Shown here: positions 41,235 through 51,472 of the stretch, one piece after another
How the letters are laid out: each line of letters begins with the position of its first letter
How positions within the stretch are numbered: position 1 is the first letter of the stretch
Notes under the pieces: generated by a model
Databases searched by the model: none
Seen by the model: the letters and a program-made list of their open reading frames with translations, nothing else
Told to the model about the DNA's origin: nothing
Made by a program: the position numbers and the translations under genes
Source: Ignisphaera sp.
GTDB taxonomy: Archaea; Thermoproteota; Thermoprotei_A; Sulfolobales; Ignisphaeraceae
Reading direction: 5' to 3'
DNA: 64,000 bases
NCBI GenBank assembly: GCA_038889075.1
Contig: JAWAHS010000001.1
Location: forward strand, 96,001-160,000

Positions 41235-42398
41235 TTGTCACTTGCCATCGACATAGCAAGCAAACCTGCACTTCTATTAAAGCCCTCCATGAAAATAAGC
41301 GAGATCCTTCCGAAAATGAAGGAGTTGAAGCTTAGGGACGCTCCTGTAGTCGATGAGGAGAATCGTATTATTGGTATAGTAAGCTATAGAAGCATTCTTA
41401 TGAGAGGGATAGGTAGGGATACAAAAGTGAAGAACATTATGGAGCCTCCTTTTTACATCTATGATGATGCTGATATGAATAGCGCTATAAATAGCCTTGT
41501 AATGTGGAGATCAAGGGAGGTACCGATAGTAAGTAGAGATGGTATTGTGGTGGGCATAATCTCTAGGAATGCTGTGTTGCGAAATCTCGTTGAAAATAAT
41601 AGAATTCCTAGAATTAAGGTTGATGATGTGATGAGCAAGCCAGCCATAACAATAAATGAGAAGGAGAACATAGCTAGAGCTAGATGGCTTATGTTAAAAA
41701 GTGGCATTTCTAGATTGCCAGTTGTTGATGCAGATAATAGAGTTTTAGGGGTAATAACATTTAGCGATATAGTTGAAAGGCTTTACACGATTAGATTAAG
41801 TAGAAGGAAAGGCTATGAATGGATTCAAAGTGAAGAATCATTTCTAGCGGCACCTGTATCAGAATTCATGACTTCACCACCTATAACAATACCACTTAGC
41901 ATAGATATAGGTAGAGTTGCCGAAATTCTTTTAGATAATAAAATATCCGGAGCACCTGTGGTCTCTAGCAATGATGTTGTTGAAGGTGTGGTAAGTAGTA
42001 TAGATATATTGAGGAAATATCTAGAGAGTTTTACGGTACTACAGCCCATAGAGGCAAAAATTTCAGAAGCTATCGAGGATGAGCTAACAAGAATTCAAGT
42101 AGAGAAGCTAGTTAATAGTTATCTCTCTAAATTTTCGAGATACGTAAGGGTAATAGACTTTAAGCTTAAGGTTAAACAACGAGGTAGGATAGAGGAAGTT
42201 ACCGTTGAAAAAAGAAAGCAATATGATGTATCTATAAAGATGTCTACAAATATTGGAACGATAGCTGCAAATTCGCAATGCTGGGATCTAGCTACATGTG
42301 TTAGAGAGGTGCTAACTATCTTAGAAAGGAGATTACGAAAAATATTAGATAAGAGAGGTACAAGGGTATACAATAGTAGAAGACAAGGCGGGGAATGA
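41235..42398 (+). CDS. Four-CBS-domain protein with C-terminal HPF/RaiA-like domain (candidate ribosome hibernation factor)
   Basis: Four CBS repeats (DAPVVD, EVPIVS, RLPVVD, GAPVVS); C-terminal ~105 aa ending AANSQCWDLATCVREVLTILERRLRK. Confidence 0.75.
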   Translation: MSLAIDIASKPALLLKPSMKISEILPKMKELKLRDAPVVDEENRIIGIVSYRSILMRGIGRDTKVKNIMEPPFYIYDDADMNSAINSLVMWRSREVPIVSRDGIVVGIISRNAVLRNLVENNRIPRIKVDDVMSKPAITINEKENIARARWLMLKSGISRLPVVDADNRVLGVITFSDIVERLYTIRLSRRKGYEWIQSEESFLAAPVSEFMTSPPITIPLSIDIGRVAEILLDNKISGAPVVSSNDVVEGVVSSIDILRKYLESFTVLQPIEAKISEAIEDELTRIQVEKLVNSYLSKFSRYVRVIDFKLKVKQRGRIEEVTVEKRKQYDVSIKMSTNIGTIAANSQCWDLATCVREVLTILERRLRKILDKRGTRVYNSRRQGGE

Positions 42399-42586
42399 TA
42401 GAACATAGTTCTCCTCTTTTTCAATCTTACTGAGAAGCTGCTATGGTATTCCTATTTTAATGCTGTACGGTAGGCTGTTTCATGATTGATGATAAGTTTT
42501 GAATGTTTAATCGTCTTTTACTACTTTGCATGTACTCGGCAATCTGACGTACAGTTATGTATAGAATACAATATTTGAATGATAGG

Positions 42587-43402
42587 CTAGTCTATCACCT
42601 CTATATCTACTCGGTATGGAAGTTCTGATGTCAGGTTCTTAACAACCTCTTCATAGCATTCATTTATACTACTCGGGTTCATTATACCCAGTTCGATGGC
42701 TAGTGTTACACTATTATCAGAAATCTCGTGTGGTTTTACAGATATTTCTTCTCTAATAATAGTTTTAGATCTTTTAAGCACATTCACTATTCTCTCTATG
42801 AGTGTTTTAACATCTAGATTATAGCCATATATCTTTGCCATAAATTTCAATAATGTATGCTGCTTCTTTACAATGATTGCATTGAAAACTTTTCTATATG
42901 GTATAAATATAGAAGCATTATGATTTGTTCTCAGTATCATATGGCTACCCTCAGCTAATATAACCCTCCCTGTATAGCTTTTACCATCGACTACTATTTC
43001 AACATTGTCGCCTTCTCTAACTATACTTGACGATATAACAATTAAATACATTAAAGAATTCTCTATATAACTATACAACGATGCAACTACTACAATACCT
43101 ATAAAAATTAGGGTGGCTATTGAGAGCCATGCAATTTCATACCTTTGGAAGATTGATGAAAATGCGATAGGAAGAGCTATAACCATCATAGCAATCAGAA
43201 TTACCGCCCGAAGTGTACCCTCTGTTCCATGCGTGATCAAGCCTCTTAATCTTAACTTATATAGGAGCCTCTTAGCAATGAAATAAACTATAGCTACTAC
43301 GAGTAAAGCTATAATTAGATTTAGATATGGTTGAATGTACTCTAAGAGAGATGCCATAGGAATCTCTCTAATATCCATGACGGCTTCACTTAAACTAGAC
43401 AT
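42587..43402 (-). CDS. Mechanosensitive ion channel MscS family
   Basis: Three N-terminal TMs; VREGDNVEI...GRV...IFIPY beta domain. Confidence 0.75.
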   Translation of the reverse strand: MSSLSEAVMDIREIPMASLLEYIQPYLNLIIALLVVAIVYFIAKRLLYKLRLRGLITHGTEGTLRAVILIAMMVIALPIAFSSIFQRYEIAWLSIATLIFIGIVVVASLYSYIENSLMYLIVISSSIVREGDNVEIVVDGKSYTGRVILAEGSHMILRTNHNASIFIPYRKVFNAIIVKKQHTLLKFMAKIYGYNLDVKTLIERIVNVLKRSKTIIREEISVKPHEISDNSVTLAIELGIMNPSSINECYEEVVKNLTSELPYRVDIEVID

Positions 43403-43454
43403 GTTCCTATGATATTCATACTGACATATAGCATTTAAAAGTTTTTACAATCCC

Positions 43455-43489
43455 GAAAGCCTAGTCCTTTAGGGCGGGGAGGAGGTCAG
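43455..43489 (+). mobile_element. Solitary IS200/IS605-IS607 (tnpB) right-end remnant
   Basis: GAAAGCCTAGTCCTTTAGGGCGGGGAGGAGGTCAG, a GC-rich island matching the archaeal end consensus AAGCCCCGCCCTTTAGGGCGGGGAGGAGGTCAG as recalled. Confidence 0.78.
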
Positions 43490-43491
43490 AT

Positions 43492-44127
43492 CTATAAACC
43501 AATAATACGCTGAATGTTCTGAGATGATGTTAGAATAAATATCTTGTCGGCTCTTTGAATTTTGTATTCTTTATTTGGATATATTACATTGTTTTCTTTA
43601 TCGATAATAAAGATTACCTGGCCACCCATTTCTGTAAGTTCTTCTATGCTTTTATCAACTAATTTTGTATGTATTGAAGAATCCAATAGAATTAGAAGTT
43701 GATTTTGGGCTATTTCCATTTCCTTCATGTTGTAAAGTCTCTCCTTAAGAATAGTGCTAAGCTCACTGGGCTTTACAATAATTTCATTTGCAAGACCGAG
43801 TTCCCTTAGTATAGATGCCACTTTGTTATCATTAACAACAGCAATAATTCGTGGGACGCCTAGGTACTTAGCATATGAGCATACAACTATGTTAATAAGA
43901 TCGTTTGTATGGGCGGCTATGACTACGTCGGTCCTCGGCATACCTATCTCTTTATATAAATCAAGGTCAAGTAAATCTCCAACAAATGTAGCTATATCTA
44001 GTTCTCTTCTTAGACCCTCAACTCGGTTGGAGTCGCTGTCTACAACGGCAACATCTGTGCCAGCTCTAACAAGCTCTACAATAAATTGGGTCAATTCTTT
44101 TGAAAATCCAATAAGCAATACTCTCAT
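43492..44127 (-). CDS. trkA: Trk potassium uptake regulatory subunit
   Basis: RCK-N (MRVLLIG, GD, DVVIAAHTNDLIN) plus RCK-C; downstream of trkH. Confidence 0.85.
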   Translation of the reverse strand: MRVLLIGFSKELTQFIVELVRAGTDVAVVDSDSNRVEGLRRELDIATFVGDLLDLDLYKEIGMPRTDVVIAAHTNDLINIVVCSYAKYLGVPRIIAVVNDNKVASILRELGLANEIIVKPSELSTILKERLYNMKEMEIAQNQLLILLDSSIHTKLVDKSIEELTEMGGQVIFIIDKENNVIYPNKEYKIQRADKIFILTSSQNIQRIIGL

Positions 44128-44195
44128 ATACCATACCTACCAAGGTTATATTTACCTTACTGACATTTAAATCTATATAATGTTTGTAATTACTG

Positions 44196-45671
44196 TTAAT
44201 GAAATGTCGCACTCCTTCTATAATACCAGCCAATAAAAAGATATATGGGTAGAAATTCTAGTCTGCCCATATACATCGCTACCATCAAAATTACTTTAGA
44301 CATTACTGGAAGTGACGGTGATGTTATGCCAGTACTTAAACCAACACATGATAGTGCTGACACGGTCTCAAATAAAGTATCTATAAATGTATAGCTGTGT
44401 ATTCCTTCGATTGTTAGTGATATGTGCAGTACACTACCTAATAGTAATATTGCAAATAGATATATTATAGAAAATGACAATGCTGAGAATATAGTTTCAT
44501 CATCTAGTTCCTCAGAACCTAGTCTTCTTACAATTATAGCGCCTCTCAACTTAAATGGTCGTTGAAATTCCCATAAAATACTTTTTAATACTATTAAAAT
44601 CCTTCTGGTCTTTATACCACCAGCTGTAGAAAAAGTTGCACCACCAATAATCATAGCACAGATTAGAATTAATTTAATTAATTCTGGTTCGCTATGGATA
44701 TCGATGAACTGAAATCCTGTGGTGGTATACCCAGATACCAAGTGATAAATCCACGAAATCATCTTACTGCGGCTGTTAGTAACCATCGAATATATCATAA
44801 TTAAAACAATTAGTGTAGATAATAGTAAGAAGAGACCCTTAACCTCTGATGATCTTACAAAATCCTTTAACTTTCCTTTTAATAGATTGTAGGTGTCGAT
44901 AAAGTTAAGCGCACCTATAATCATTATTATAGATGATGTAAATAGAATTGTATAATTTGTTCCACTAAACCAGAATCCTATGTTCTGTGAATGTGACGAC
45001 ATTCCTCCGGTCGCTATAGCTGTCATAGAGTGCATAATAGCATCTGGAAGATCCATTCCACTGAATAATAAAATTAATATGCCAATAAATGTATATATCG
45101 CATATACAGTATAAAGCCTTCTCATGGTAGAAGCTATGGTTGGTGCGAGAAGCGGACCCCGTTCAACAATGTAAACTGTTCTTATACTACGGTGAACAAA
45201 TGGCAGAAGAACTCCTGATACAACAACAATACCTATTTCACCAAGCCATTGTGTTACAGCACGCATCATTAGTATGATATGAGGATAGCTCTCAGGTACA
45301 GTAAGCATTGTTAACCCTGTACCTGAGAATCCACTTAGAGATTCAAAGAATGCATCTATAAAGCTTAGATCTGTTAGATTTAAATATACAAACGTCGTTA
45401 TAAGAGGTACTACTAGCCAAGTAATAAGTACAATACTGAAACCCTCAGTTATATCGGTAATGACGCTTCCTCTAAAGATTAGAATAAATATGATGGAAAT
45501 AGATAATGATATTAGCACTACAGTTAGATATTTTAGCACGCTATTCAATCCAATCGCATCCTCTAAGTAGCTATATAGTACATAAAATACTATGCCAATA
45601 ATTAGAAACATTATTGTGACTGAAAGCATTAAAATACTCATGCCATATACTATAGCCTTGATACTGACCAA
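44196..45671 (-). CDS. trkH: Trk potassium uptake membrane subunit
   Basis: FFESLSGFSGTG, QWLGEIG, IATGG, YTTTG, STAGGIK, SALSCVGLS, GRLE. Confidence 0.92.
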   Translation of the reverse strand: MVSIKAIVYGMSILMLSVTIMFLIIGIVFYVLYSYLEDAIGLNSVLKYLTVVLISLSISIIFILIFRGSVITDITEGFSIVLITWLVVPLITTFVYLNLTDLSFIDAFFESLSGFSGTGLTMLTVPESYPHIILMMRAVTQWLGEIGIVVVSGVLLPFVHRSIRTVYIVERGPLLAPTIASTMRRLYTVYAIYTFIGILILLFSGMDLPDAIMHSMTAIATGGMSSHSQNIGFWFSGTNYTILFTSSIIMIIGALNFIDTYNLLKGKLKDFVRSSEVKGLFLLLSTLIVLIMIYSMVTNSRSKMISWIYHLVSGYTTTGFQFIDIHSEPELIKLILICAMIIGGATFSTAGGIKTRRILIVLKSILWEFQRPFKLRGAIIVRRLGSEELDDETIFSALSFSIIYLFAILLLGSVLHISLTIEGIHSYTFIDTLFETVSALSCVGLSTGITSPSLPVMSKVILMVAMYMGRLEFLPIYLFIGWYYRRSATFH

Positions 45672-45766
45672 ATCTCTAGCCCCTAATTCAATGTAAATTC
45701 CAGCTTTAACTAGTATATATCGGTGTATATGAAGGTTACTGGTTCGCGTTAATTATATTTGTAAAG

Positions 45767-46174
45767 CTATATAGACGGAGAGAACTTTATCCCATAAACT
45801 ATTATACCTTCGGCACCGTCTTCAAATATTTTCCTTAGTACAGCTTCTACATACATACCTTCGTGGATTCTATCTACATCTATATCTACTATTGGTGCTA
45901 CAACTTTGGCACCATTTTCAAGCTCTATCAATCCAACTATTATTGGTGCATATTCTCGGTATCCCTCCGGAACAGTGTACTCTATCGTCCATGAGACAAC
46001 TCTTCCTCTTCTTGGAAGACTGATGTTTTCGGTTTCGTGATGTCCACAATATGGACATGAAGGCTTTGGTGGATAAAATGCACGGTTACACTTTTTACAT
46101 TTTGAACCTTCTAACCTATATCTAGACCCTTTTTCTCTCCATACACGTACAGGTGACATCCTCATGCTATTCAC
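45767..46174 (-). CDS. DUF35 Zn-ribbon/OB-fold protein (thiolase partner)
   Basis: CKKC...YPP...CPYC, GRVVSWT, LIELENG, YGIKF. Confidence 0.92.
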   Translation of the reverse strand: MNSMRMSPVRVWREKGSRYRLEGSKCKKCNRAFYPPKPSCPYCGHHETENISLPRRGRVVSWTIEYTVPEGYREYAPIIVGLIELENGAKVVAPIVDIDVDRIHEGMYVEAVLRKIFEDGAEGIIVYGIKFSPSI

Positions 46175-47322
46175 CTCTTTAATATGATTACAGAGGTTAG
46201 TGTTGCCACGCCACCTGTATTCATTGCAAGCCCTATTTCAGCACTGTTTAGTCTAACCCCTGGAAAGTCGCCTCTAAGTTGCATCGCTATTTCAGCAACT
46301 TGATATACACCAGTAGCACCAACAGGATGCCCTCTAGCTTTGAGACCACCACTTAGGTTTATACTCGGTCTATCTCCGGCGGCAAATTTTCCATCTTTTA
46401 TAAGTTTCCAGGATTCTCCTAGCTTTGCAAATCCTAATCCTTCTATAGACAGTAGAGCTGTTATCGTGAAGGCATCGTGTATCTCAGCAATGTCTATAGC
46501 ACTAGGATGTAGCTTAGCCATTTTAAAGGCTTTTTCAGCTGCTCTCCTTATACTTATTGGATTGAGAATATCTTCTCGCGAGGATAGATCTAAGCCTTCG
46601 CTTCCGAGTCCTACACCTGCTATCTCTATAGGTGTGTCACAGATCTTTTTTGCACTATCTTCTGAAGCCAATATAAGTACTGCAGCCCCGTCTCCAATGG
46701 GTGCCGAGTCCATAAGTCTTATCGGATCTGAGATTATAGGAGAGTTAATAACATCTTCAACAGTTATTCTATTTCTTAGTTGAGCATAAGGATTTTTTGA
46801 ACCGTACTCATGCATTCTAACTGGCCATAGGGCCAGATCCTCTCTTTTAGCCTCATATTTAAGCATATAAAGTCTCATTGCAAGTGCATTTAGTGCTGGG
46901 AAACTTATACCATAGATATACTCATATTCAGCATCAGCAGCTTGAGCCAGGGCCGAGGTTACGGTAGAAGTTGGATAGTCACTCATTTTTTCAACACCAA
47001 TAACCATAATCTGATCGTATAGTCCAGAAGCAACGAGAGAATAACCAACAACAACAGCATGGCCGCCGCTTCCACATGCAGCTTCAACTTTAAGACCGCC
47101 AAGACCTCTAAAACCTATTGCATCTAGTGCTAGTGCTGCTAGGGAATCCTGATTATAGAGTGAGCTACTCAGCATATTACCAACAACAATTGCCTCAGGT
47201 TCATAGGATTTGGCATCGTTGAATGCTTTTATAGCTGCATCGTGGATTAGTTGCATATAGCCTTTCTCATAATATCTATCAATCCTAGTCATACCTATAC
47301 CAGCAATATATACCCTTCTCAA
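46171..47322 (-). CDS. Acetyl-CoA acetyltransferase (archaeal thiolase)
   Basis: VEAACGSG, GVEKM, DGAA, EIHDAFT, NLSGGLKARGHPVGATG; start TTG 47322 behind GGTG. Confidence 0.92.
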   Translation of the reverse strand: MRRVYIAGIGMTRIDRYYEKGYMQLIHDAAIKAFNDAKSYEPEAIVVGNMLSSSLYNQDSLAALALDAIGFRGLGGLKVEAACGSGGHAVVVGYSLVASGLYDQIMVIGVEKMSDYPTSTVTSALAQAADAEYEYIYGISFPALNALAMRLYMLKYEAKREDLALWPVRMHEYGSKNPYAQLRNRITVEDVINSPIISDPIRLMDSAPIGDGAAVLILASEDSAKKICDTPIEIAGVGLGSEGLDLSSREDILNPISIRRAAEKAFKMAKLHPSAIDIAEIHDAFTITALLSIEGLGFAKLGESWKLIKDGKFAAGDRPSINLSGGLKARGHPVGATGVYQVAEIAMQLRGDFPGVRLNSAEIGLAMNTGGVATLTSVIILKR

Positions 47323-47528
47323 AATTCTACACCATGGTGTCTGGTTATATTGGTTATTAAACATCTTAAAGTCGATATTACGAGTTCAGATATTTAAGAC
47401 ATACATAGGTATTCTGATATACATTCTTTATCCCACTTAAGCTAAATAAAACTATAGATGTCTTAAGTCATGCCCACTGAGTAATGATGAATATCGGGGT
47501 ATAGGAAATGGGAATACATTAGACGGGG

Positions 47529-48671
47529 GTGGTACAGCTGTTCAGAGGTAGCTATTGGTTCATAGTAAGACCAGATGCTATTGCTGCGCTAAGTAATGAG
47601 ACCCTTAGAAGGGTGCTTAAATGGTATTACTCTGTGTTTATCGATGACTATCCAGCAAAATTCCATATAGCTAAAGCAGTTCCTCTTCCAAAGGATGCTA
47701 AACTCGTAGATGATATAGAAACTCTATGGGGTATACATAATGAGTTAACCAAATATTTTACTAGTTTATGGAATGAGGTTAAAAAAAGCGGTATAAAGTT
47801 CGATGAATTTAAGAAGATGTACGGTACGGCTGATACCAGTCTTCTAGATCTAGATATAGAAATTGCTATGAGGATTTTAAGAATGTGCAGATTTTGTGAA
47901 TGGAGATGCGGAGTAGACAGAACGTATACAAATAGGGGTGTATGTAAACTTTCTACCACATCGTATGTCCATAGCTGGTTTCTTCACATAGGCGAAGAAG
48001 CTCCTCTTGTCCCAAGCGGTACAATATTCTATGGAAGCTGTAACTTTAGGTGCGTATTCTGTCAAAATTGGGATATATCACAAGAAAATCCCTATAGTGG
48101 AGTTGAGGTAGATCCTAGAAGCTTATATGTAATACAGAGAGAGTTAAGAATAAATGGTGCAAGGAATATAAATCATGTAGGTGGAGAACCAACACCGAAT
48201 CTCTATAATATCTTAGCCAGTTTAAAGCATCTTGATGTAAATGTACCACAGCTATGGAATAGCAATTTCTACATGAGTGAAGAAGCCATGAAATTGCTTA
48301 ACCATGTTATAGATATATGGCTTCCAGATTTTAAGTATGGTAATAATGAGTGCGCATTGAGATTATCAAAGGTACCCAGATACATAGATGTTATTACAAG
48401 AAATCTTAGGACAGCTATAGGATGGGGAGATATGATAATAAGGCACCTCGTCCTACCTAATCACATAGAATGTTGTTCTAAACCTATACTAAAGTGGATT
48501 GCCACCAACATTCAAAGAGATCGTGTAATCGTTAACATAATGGATCAGTATAGACCAGAATACAAGGCACGCGAATACAGCGATATTTCGAGAAGACCAT
48601 CTCCACATGAGCTGGAGGAAGTGTATAGATATGCAGACAGTTTAGGAATACTGTGGAGAGACGTATCATAA
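47529..48671 (+). CDS. PflX-like radical SAM protein
   Basis: CRFCEWRCGVDR, HIGEEAPLVPSGTIFYGSCNFRCVFCQNWDIS, DFKYGN, RHLVLP, MDQYRP. Confidence 0.88.
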   Translation: MVQLFRGSYWFIVRPDAIAALSNETLRRVLKWYYSVFIDDYPAKFHIAKAVPLPKDAKLVDDIETLWGIHNELTKYFTSLWNEVKKSGIKFDEFKKMYGTADTSLLDLDIEIAMRILRMCRFCEWRCGVDRTYTNRGVCKLSTTSYVHSWFLHIGEEAPLVPSGTIFYGSCNFRCVFCQNWDISQENPYSGVEVDPRSLYVIQRELRINGARNINHVGGEPTPNLYNILASLKHLDVNVPQLWNSNFYMSEEAMKLLNHVIDIWLPDFKYGNNECALRLSKVPRYIDVITRNLRTAIGWGDMIIRHLVLPNHIECCSKPILKWIATNIQRDRVIVNIMDQYRPEYKAREYSDISRRPSPHELEEVYRYADSLGILWRDVS

Positions 48672-48812
48672 GTCTATTGTGTGGATCGCGGCATTGCACA
48701 GTTCAATCATTCTTTCAAGTTATTATCTATTATCTATTCATAGCATTTATAGCAATCTGTTAAAATACAGTATTTTAACTGTGTATATAATTTTCATTAA
48801 AATGACTTCAAC

Positions 48813-49994
48813 TTGAAAATCTTAAAATGTAATGGGATAGATTATATGATTAACCATTCAGTCTATATAATATTTTTAGGACTGGCTTTCGCCAAAGTAT
48901 TTGAACTCATCCTTAGCAGGCTTAAAATACCATCTATTATTTCATGGTTTGTTGCAGGAATTGTTGTTGGGCCCTACGTACTTGGTTTAATAGATAAAGG
49001 TGTAGAGTTGGAGTTGTTTTCTAGAATAGCATCAATTTTTCTTATGTTCTATATAGGCTTCTCGACAAACTATAATGTTGTTTTAAGAAGAATCTCCTTA
49101 AGTATTATTGTTAGTTTAGCCGGTGTCGTAGCAACGTTTTTCCTATGTTTCGCTATATTGTACTCCATCACTATGAATTTATATACTTCAATACTACTAT
49201 CGATAGTACTTTCCAATACAGCCTCCGAGATGGCATCATCGATTATGTTGACTATTAATAAACCTTTTGTATATGATATTGTAACAACTGCAAGCATTGT
49301 CGATGATATTATTGCGATCATTGCCATATTTATGATGGCCATTCCAATCCTAAATGGTGCCAGTTACTTCAGCTATATGGCTTTCCTCATAGTTGTCATC
49401 ATTAGTTGTGTACTCATAGGTTTATTTAGACAATATGCTAAGAAAGTCCATGGACGTCTCCAAACAGAGGTCATACACGCTTTGTCTATGGCTCTTCTCG
49501 GGCTTTCAGTAGCTATCACAGTATGGATGGGTGTGAATGAGCTATTAGTTGCCTATACTATGGGTTTAGTATTGAATATTGTTATGATTAGGGGAGATGC
49601 TTTACTTAGATCAGATACTATTGCAATGGATTTGGCTGATTCTATAAATAAACTTCTTCACTGGGTATTCCTACCACTGCTATTTGTATATGTTGCACTA
49701 TCTATTGAAATTAAAATGGTTAATATGTATGTATTCTTACCGCTTTTCATAGCTTCTACAATAGGTAAGCTAATTGGATGTAGTCTGCCAGTCTATGTTA
49801 AAACTAAAAGACAGGATTCTATAACCATAGGAATTATAATGATGTTGAGAGGCTCTCTTGAAAATACGCTATTGAGTACACTATATCTCTATAGCTTAAT
49901 AGATAAGATGCTCTATTCCACCTCAGTTGTTGTATCGCTCACCTCTACATTGCTATCCCTACTACTATTGTATGTACTGAAGGTTTTGCGGTAA
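48813..49994 (+). CDS. Cation:proton antiporter (CPA2)
   Basis: About 12 TMs; GIVVGP, SIVDD, GKLIG, MMLRG. Confidence 0.85.
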   Translation: MKILKCNGIDYMINHSVYIIFLGLAFAKVFELILSRLKIPSIISWFVAGIVVGPYVLGLIDKGVELELFSRIASIFLMFYIGFSTNYNVVLRRISLSIIVSLAGVVATFFLCFAILYSITMNLYTSILLSIVLSNTASEMASSIMLTINKPFVYDIVTTASIVDDIIAIIAIFMMAIPILNGASYFSYMAFLIVVIISCVLIGLFRQYAKKVHGRLQTEVIHALSMALLGLSVAITVWMGVNELLVAYTMGLVLNIVMIRGDALLRSDTIAMDLADSINKLLHWVFLPLLFVYVALSIEIKMVNMYVFLPLFIASTIGKLIGCSLPVYVKTKRQDSITIGIIMMLRGSLENTLLSTLYLYSLIDKMLYSTSVVVSLTSTLLSLLLLYVLKVLR

Positions 49995-50122
49995 TTCTGC
50001 TAAAGATTTGGGCAGCTGTTAGATACAGATATAATGGATTTTGCTGTAAAAACTTAAGAGAGACCATTGCTCATACAATGAGATTAAAATACTAGGTACT
50101 AATTATTGTATGGTACGAGAAG

Positions 50123-50734
50123 GTGACATTAATCTTGAAGTGTATAGTTCTCGCTTCAAATAGTTTAAGAAGAATTGAACTTTTTAGGAAAATGGGAATC
50201 GATGTAGTAGCAATTGCACCTAATGTAGAGGAGGTAATATATGTTGGGGATCCATTTAGAACAGTACTTGAAAATAGCAAGAGAAAGGTGTTAAGTGTAT
50301 TTGATAGAGCGCCCCATAATTCAATAATTATAGGTATTGACACAGCTATATTTAATCCTATGATTGGTGTTATAGGAAAGCCTAAAACTATTGAGGAAGC
50401 AGAGAGGATGTTAATGAGTTTCAGTGGAAAGTACCACATGGTTATAGGCGGTGTTACACTACTTGATAAGGAAACCGGAAAAACAACAGAGTTTACTGAC
50501 ATAACAATAGTAAAGTTTAGAGATGTTACAGAGGACGAAATTAAACTCTATATTAGTATCGAGAATCCTCTTGATAAAGCTGGTGCATATGCTATCCAGG
50601 GTCTTGCAGCATTTTTCATTGAATCCATAATAGGCGACTACTATAACGTGGTCGGATTACCGCTTTCAAAACTGTATAGGGTACTAGACGAGGAATTCGG
50701 TTTCAATCTTTTAAAAAATCTGGTAAAAAGGTGA
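50123..50734 (+). CDS. maf: Maf family nucleoside triphosphate pyrophosphatase
   Basis: VLASNSLRR, GIDT, GKP, DKAGAYAIQG, GDYYNVVGLP. Confidence 0.92.
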   Translation: MTLILKCIVLASNSLRRIELFRKMGIDVVAIAPNVEEVIYVGDPFRTVLENSKRKVLSVFDRAPHNSIIIGIDTAIFNPMIGVIGKPKTIEEAERMLMSFSGKYHMVIGGVTLLDKETGKTTEFTDITIVKFRDVTEDEIKLYISIENPLDKAGAYAIQGLAAFFIESIIGDYYNVVGLPLSKLYRVLDEEFGFNLLKNLVKR

Positions 50735-50790
50735 GTGGAATAAATACGTGCTACAATAGCTGTACTTGTTCGATAGTGTTAAAAATGTGA

Positions 50791-51072
50791 CTAATATCTT
50801 GGGAATAGTAAACCACTATTAAGTAATATAAAAATAGTTAGAATAACAATAAAGAATATTATTGAAATTATGAGTAGGCTCTTCACAATTTTCTTACTAG
50901 TTCCAAAAGCAATTGGTATAGGACCTAGAATAATGATACCGCCAGCTTCGGTTCTCTTTTCAACCTCTTTATCTTTAGCAGATAGAGCTGAGATAAATAT
51001 AAGCAGCATGCCTACAATTATCATAGCCATTGCTAATGCAAATATTACTGGTATCCATAATATGCTGGTCAC
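50791..51072 (-). CDS. DUF131 (TIGR00304-like) membrane protein
   Basis: Two TMs flanking GGIIILGPIPIAFGT. Confidence 0.85.
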   Translation of the reverse strand: MTSILWIPVIFALAMAMIIVGMLLIFISALSAKDKEVEKRTEAGGIIILGPIPIAFGTSKKIVKSLLIISIIFFIVILTIFILLNSGLLFPRY

Positions 51073-51472
51073 TATATCACCGAGTTAACCTATCAGCTTC
51101 TAACCTACCTTATAAAGTTATTGAGATTAAAATGTCGTAGTTTCCTAAGATAAAGAATTAAAAGTGCAGATAATTATTAGTAAGAAAGCCCTTGCACACA
51201 ATTTAATGAATATCCATGTTAATGTTCTGCCGTACTATACAATTCGTATCTTTCTAAAATGAAGGTGAAATGTAACGGCAGTACGGTTTCATGAAGTATT
51301 GAATAAAGATCTTTCATTGATAACTGTATTGAATAGTAATGTTTCTCATACTGATAACCGATATAGATGATGATGAAATGTTCAGACTGCAAAATAGTAT
51401 GTAATGTAAAGACTGAAAGCCATTAAAATTTTTACTTGGACAAAGGGTAGTAGACCACGGTGGTGAAGTTTA

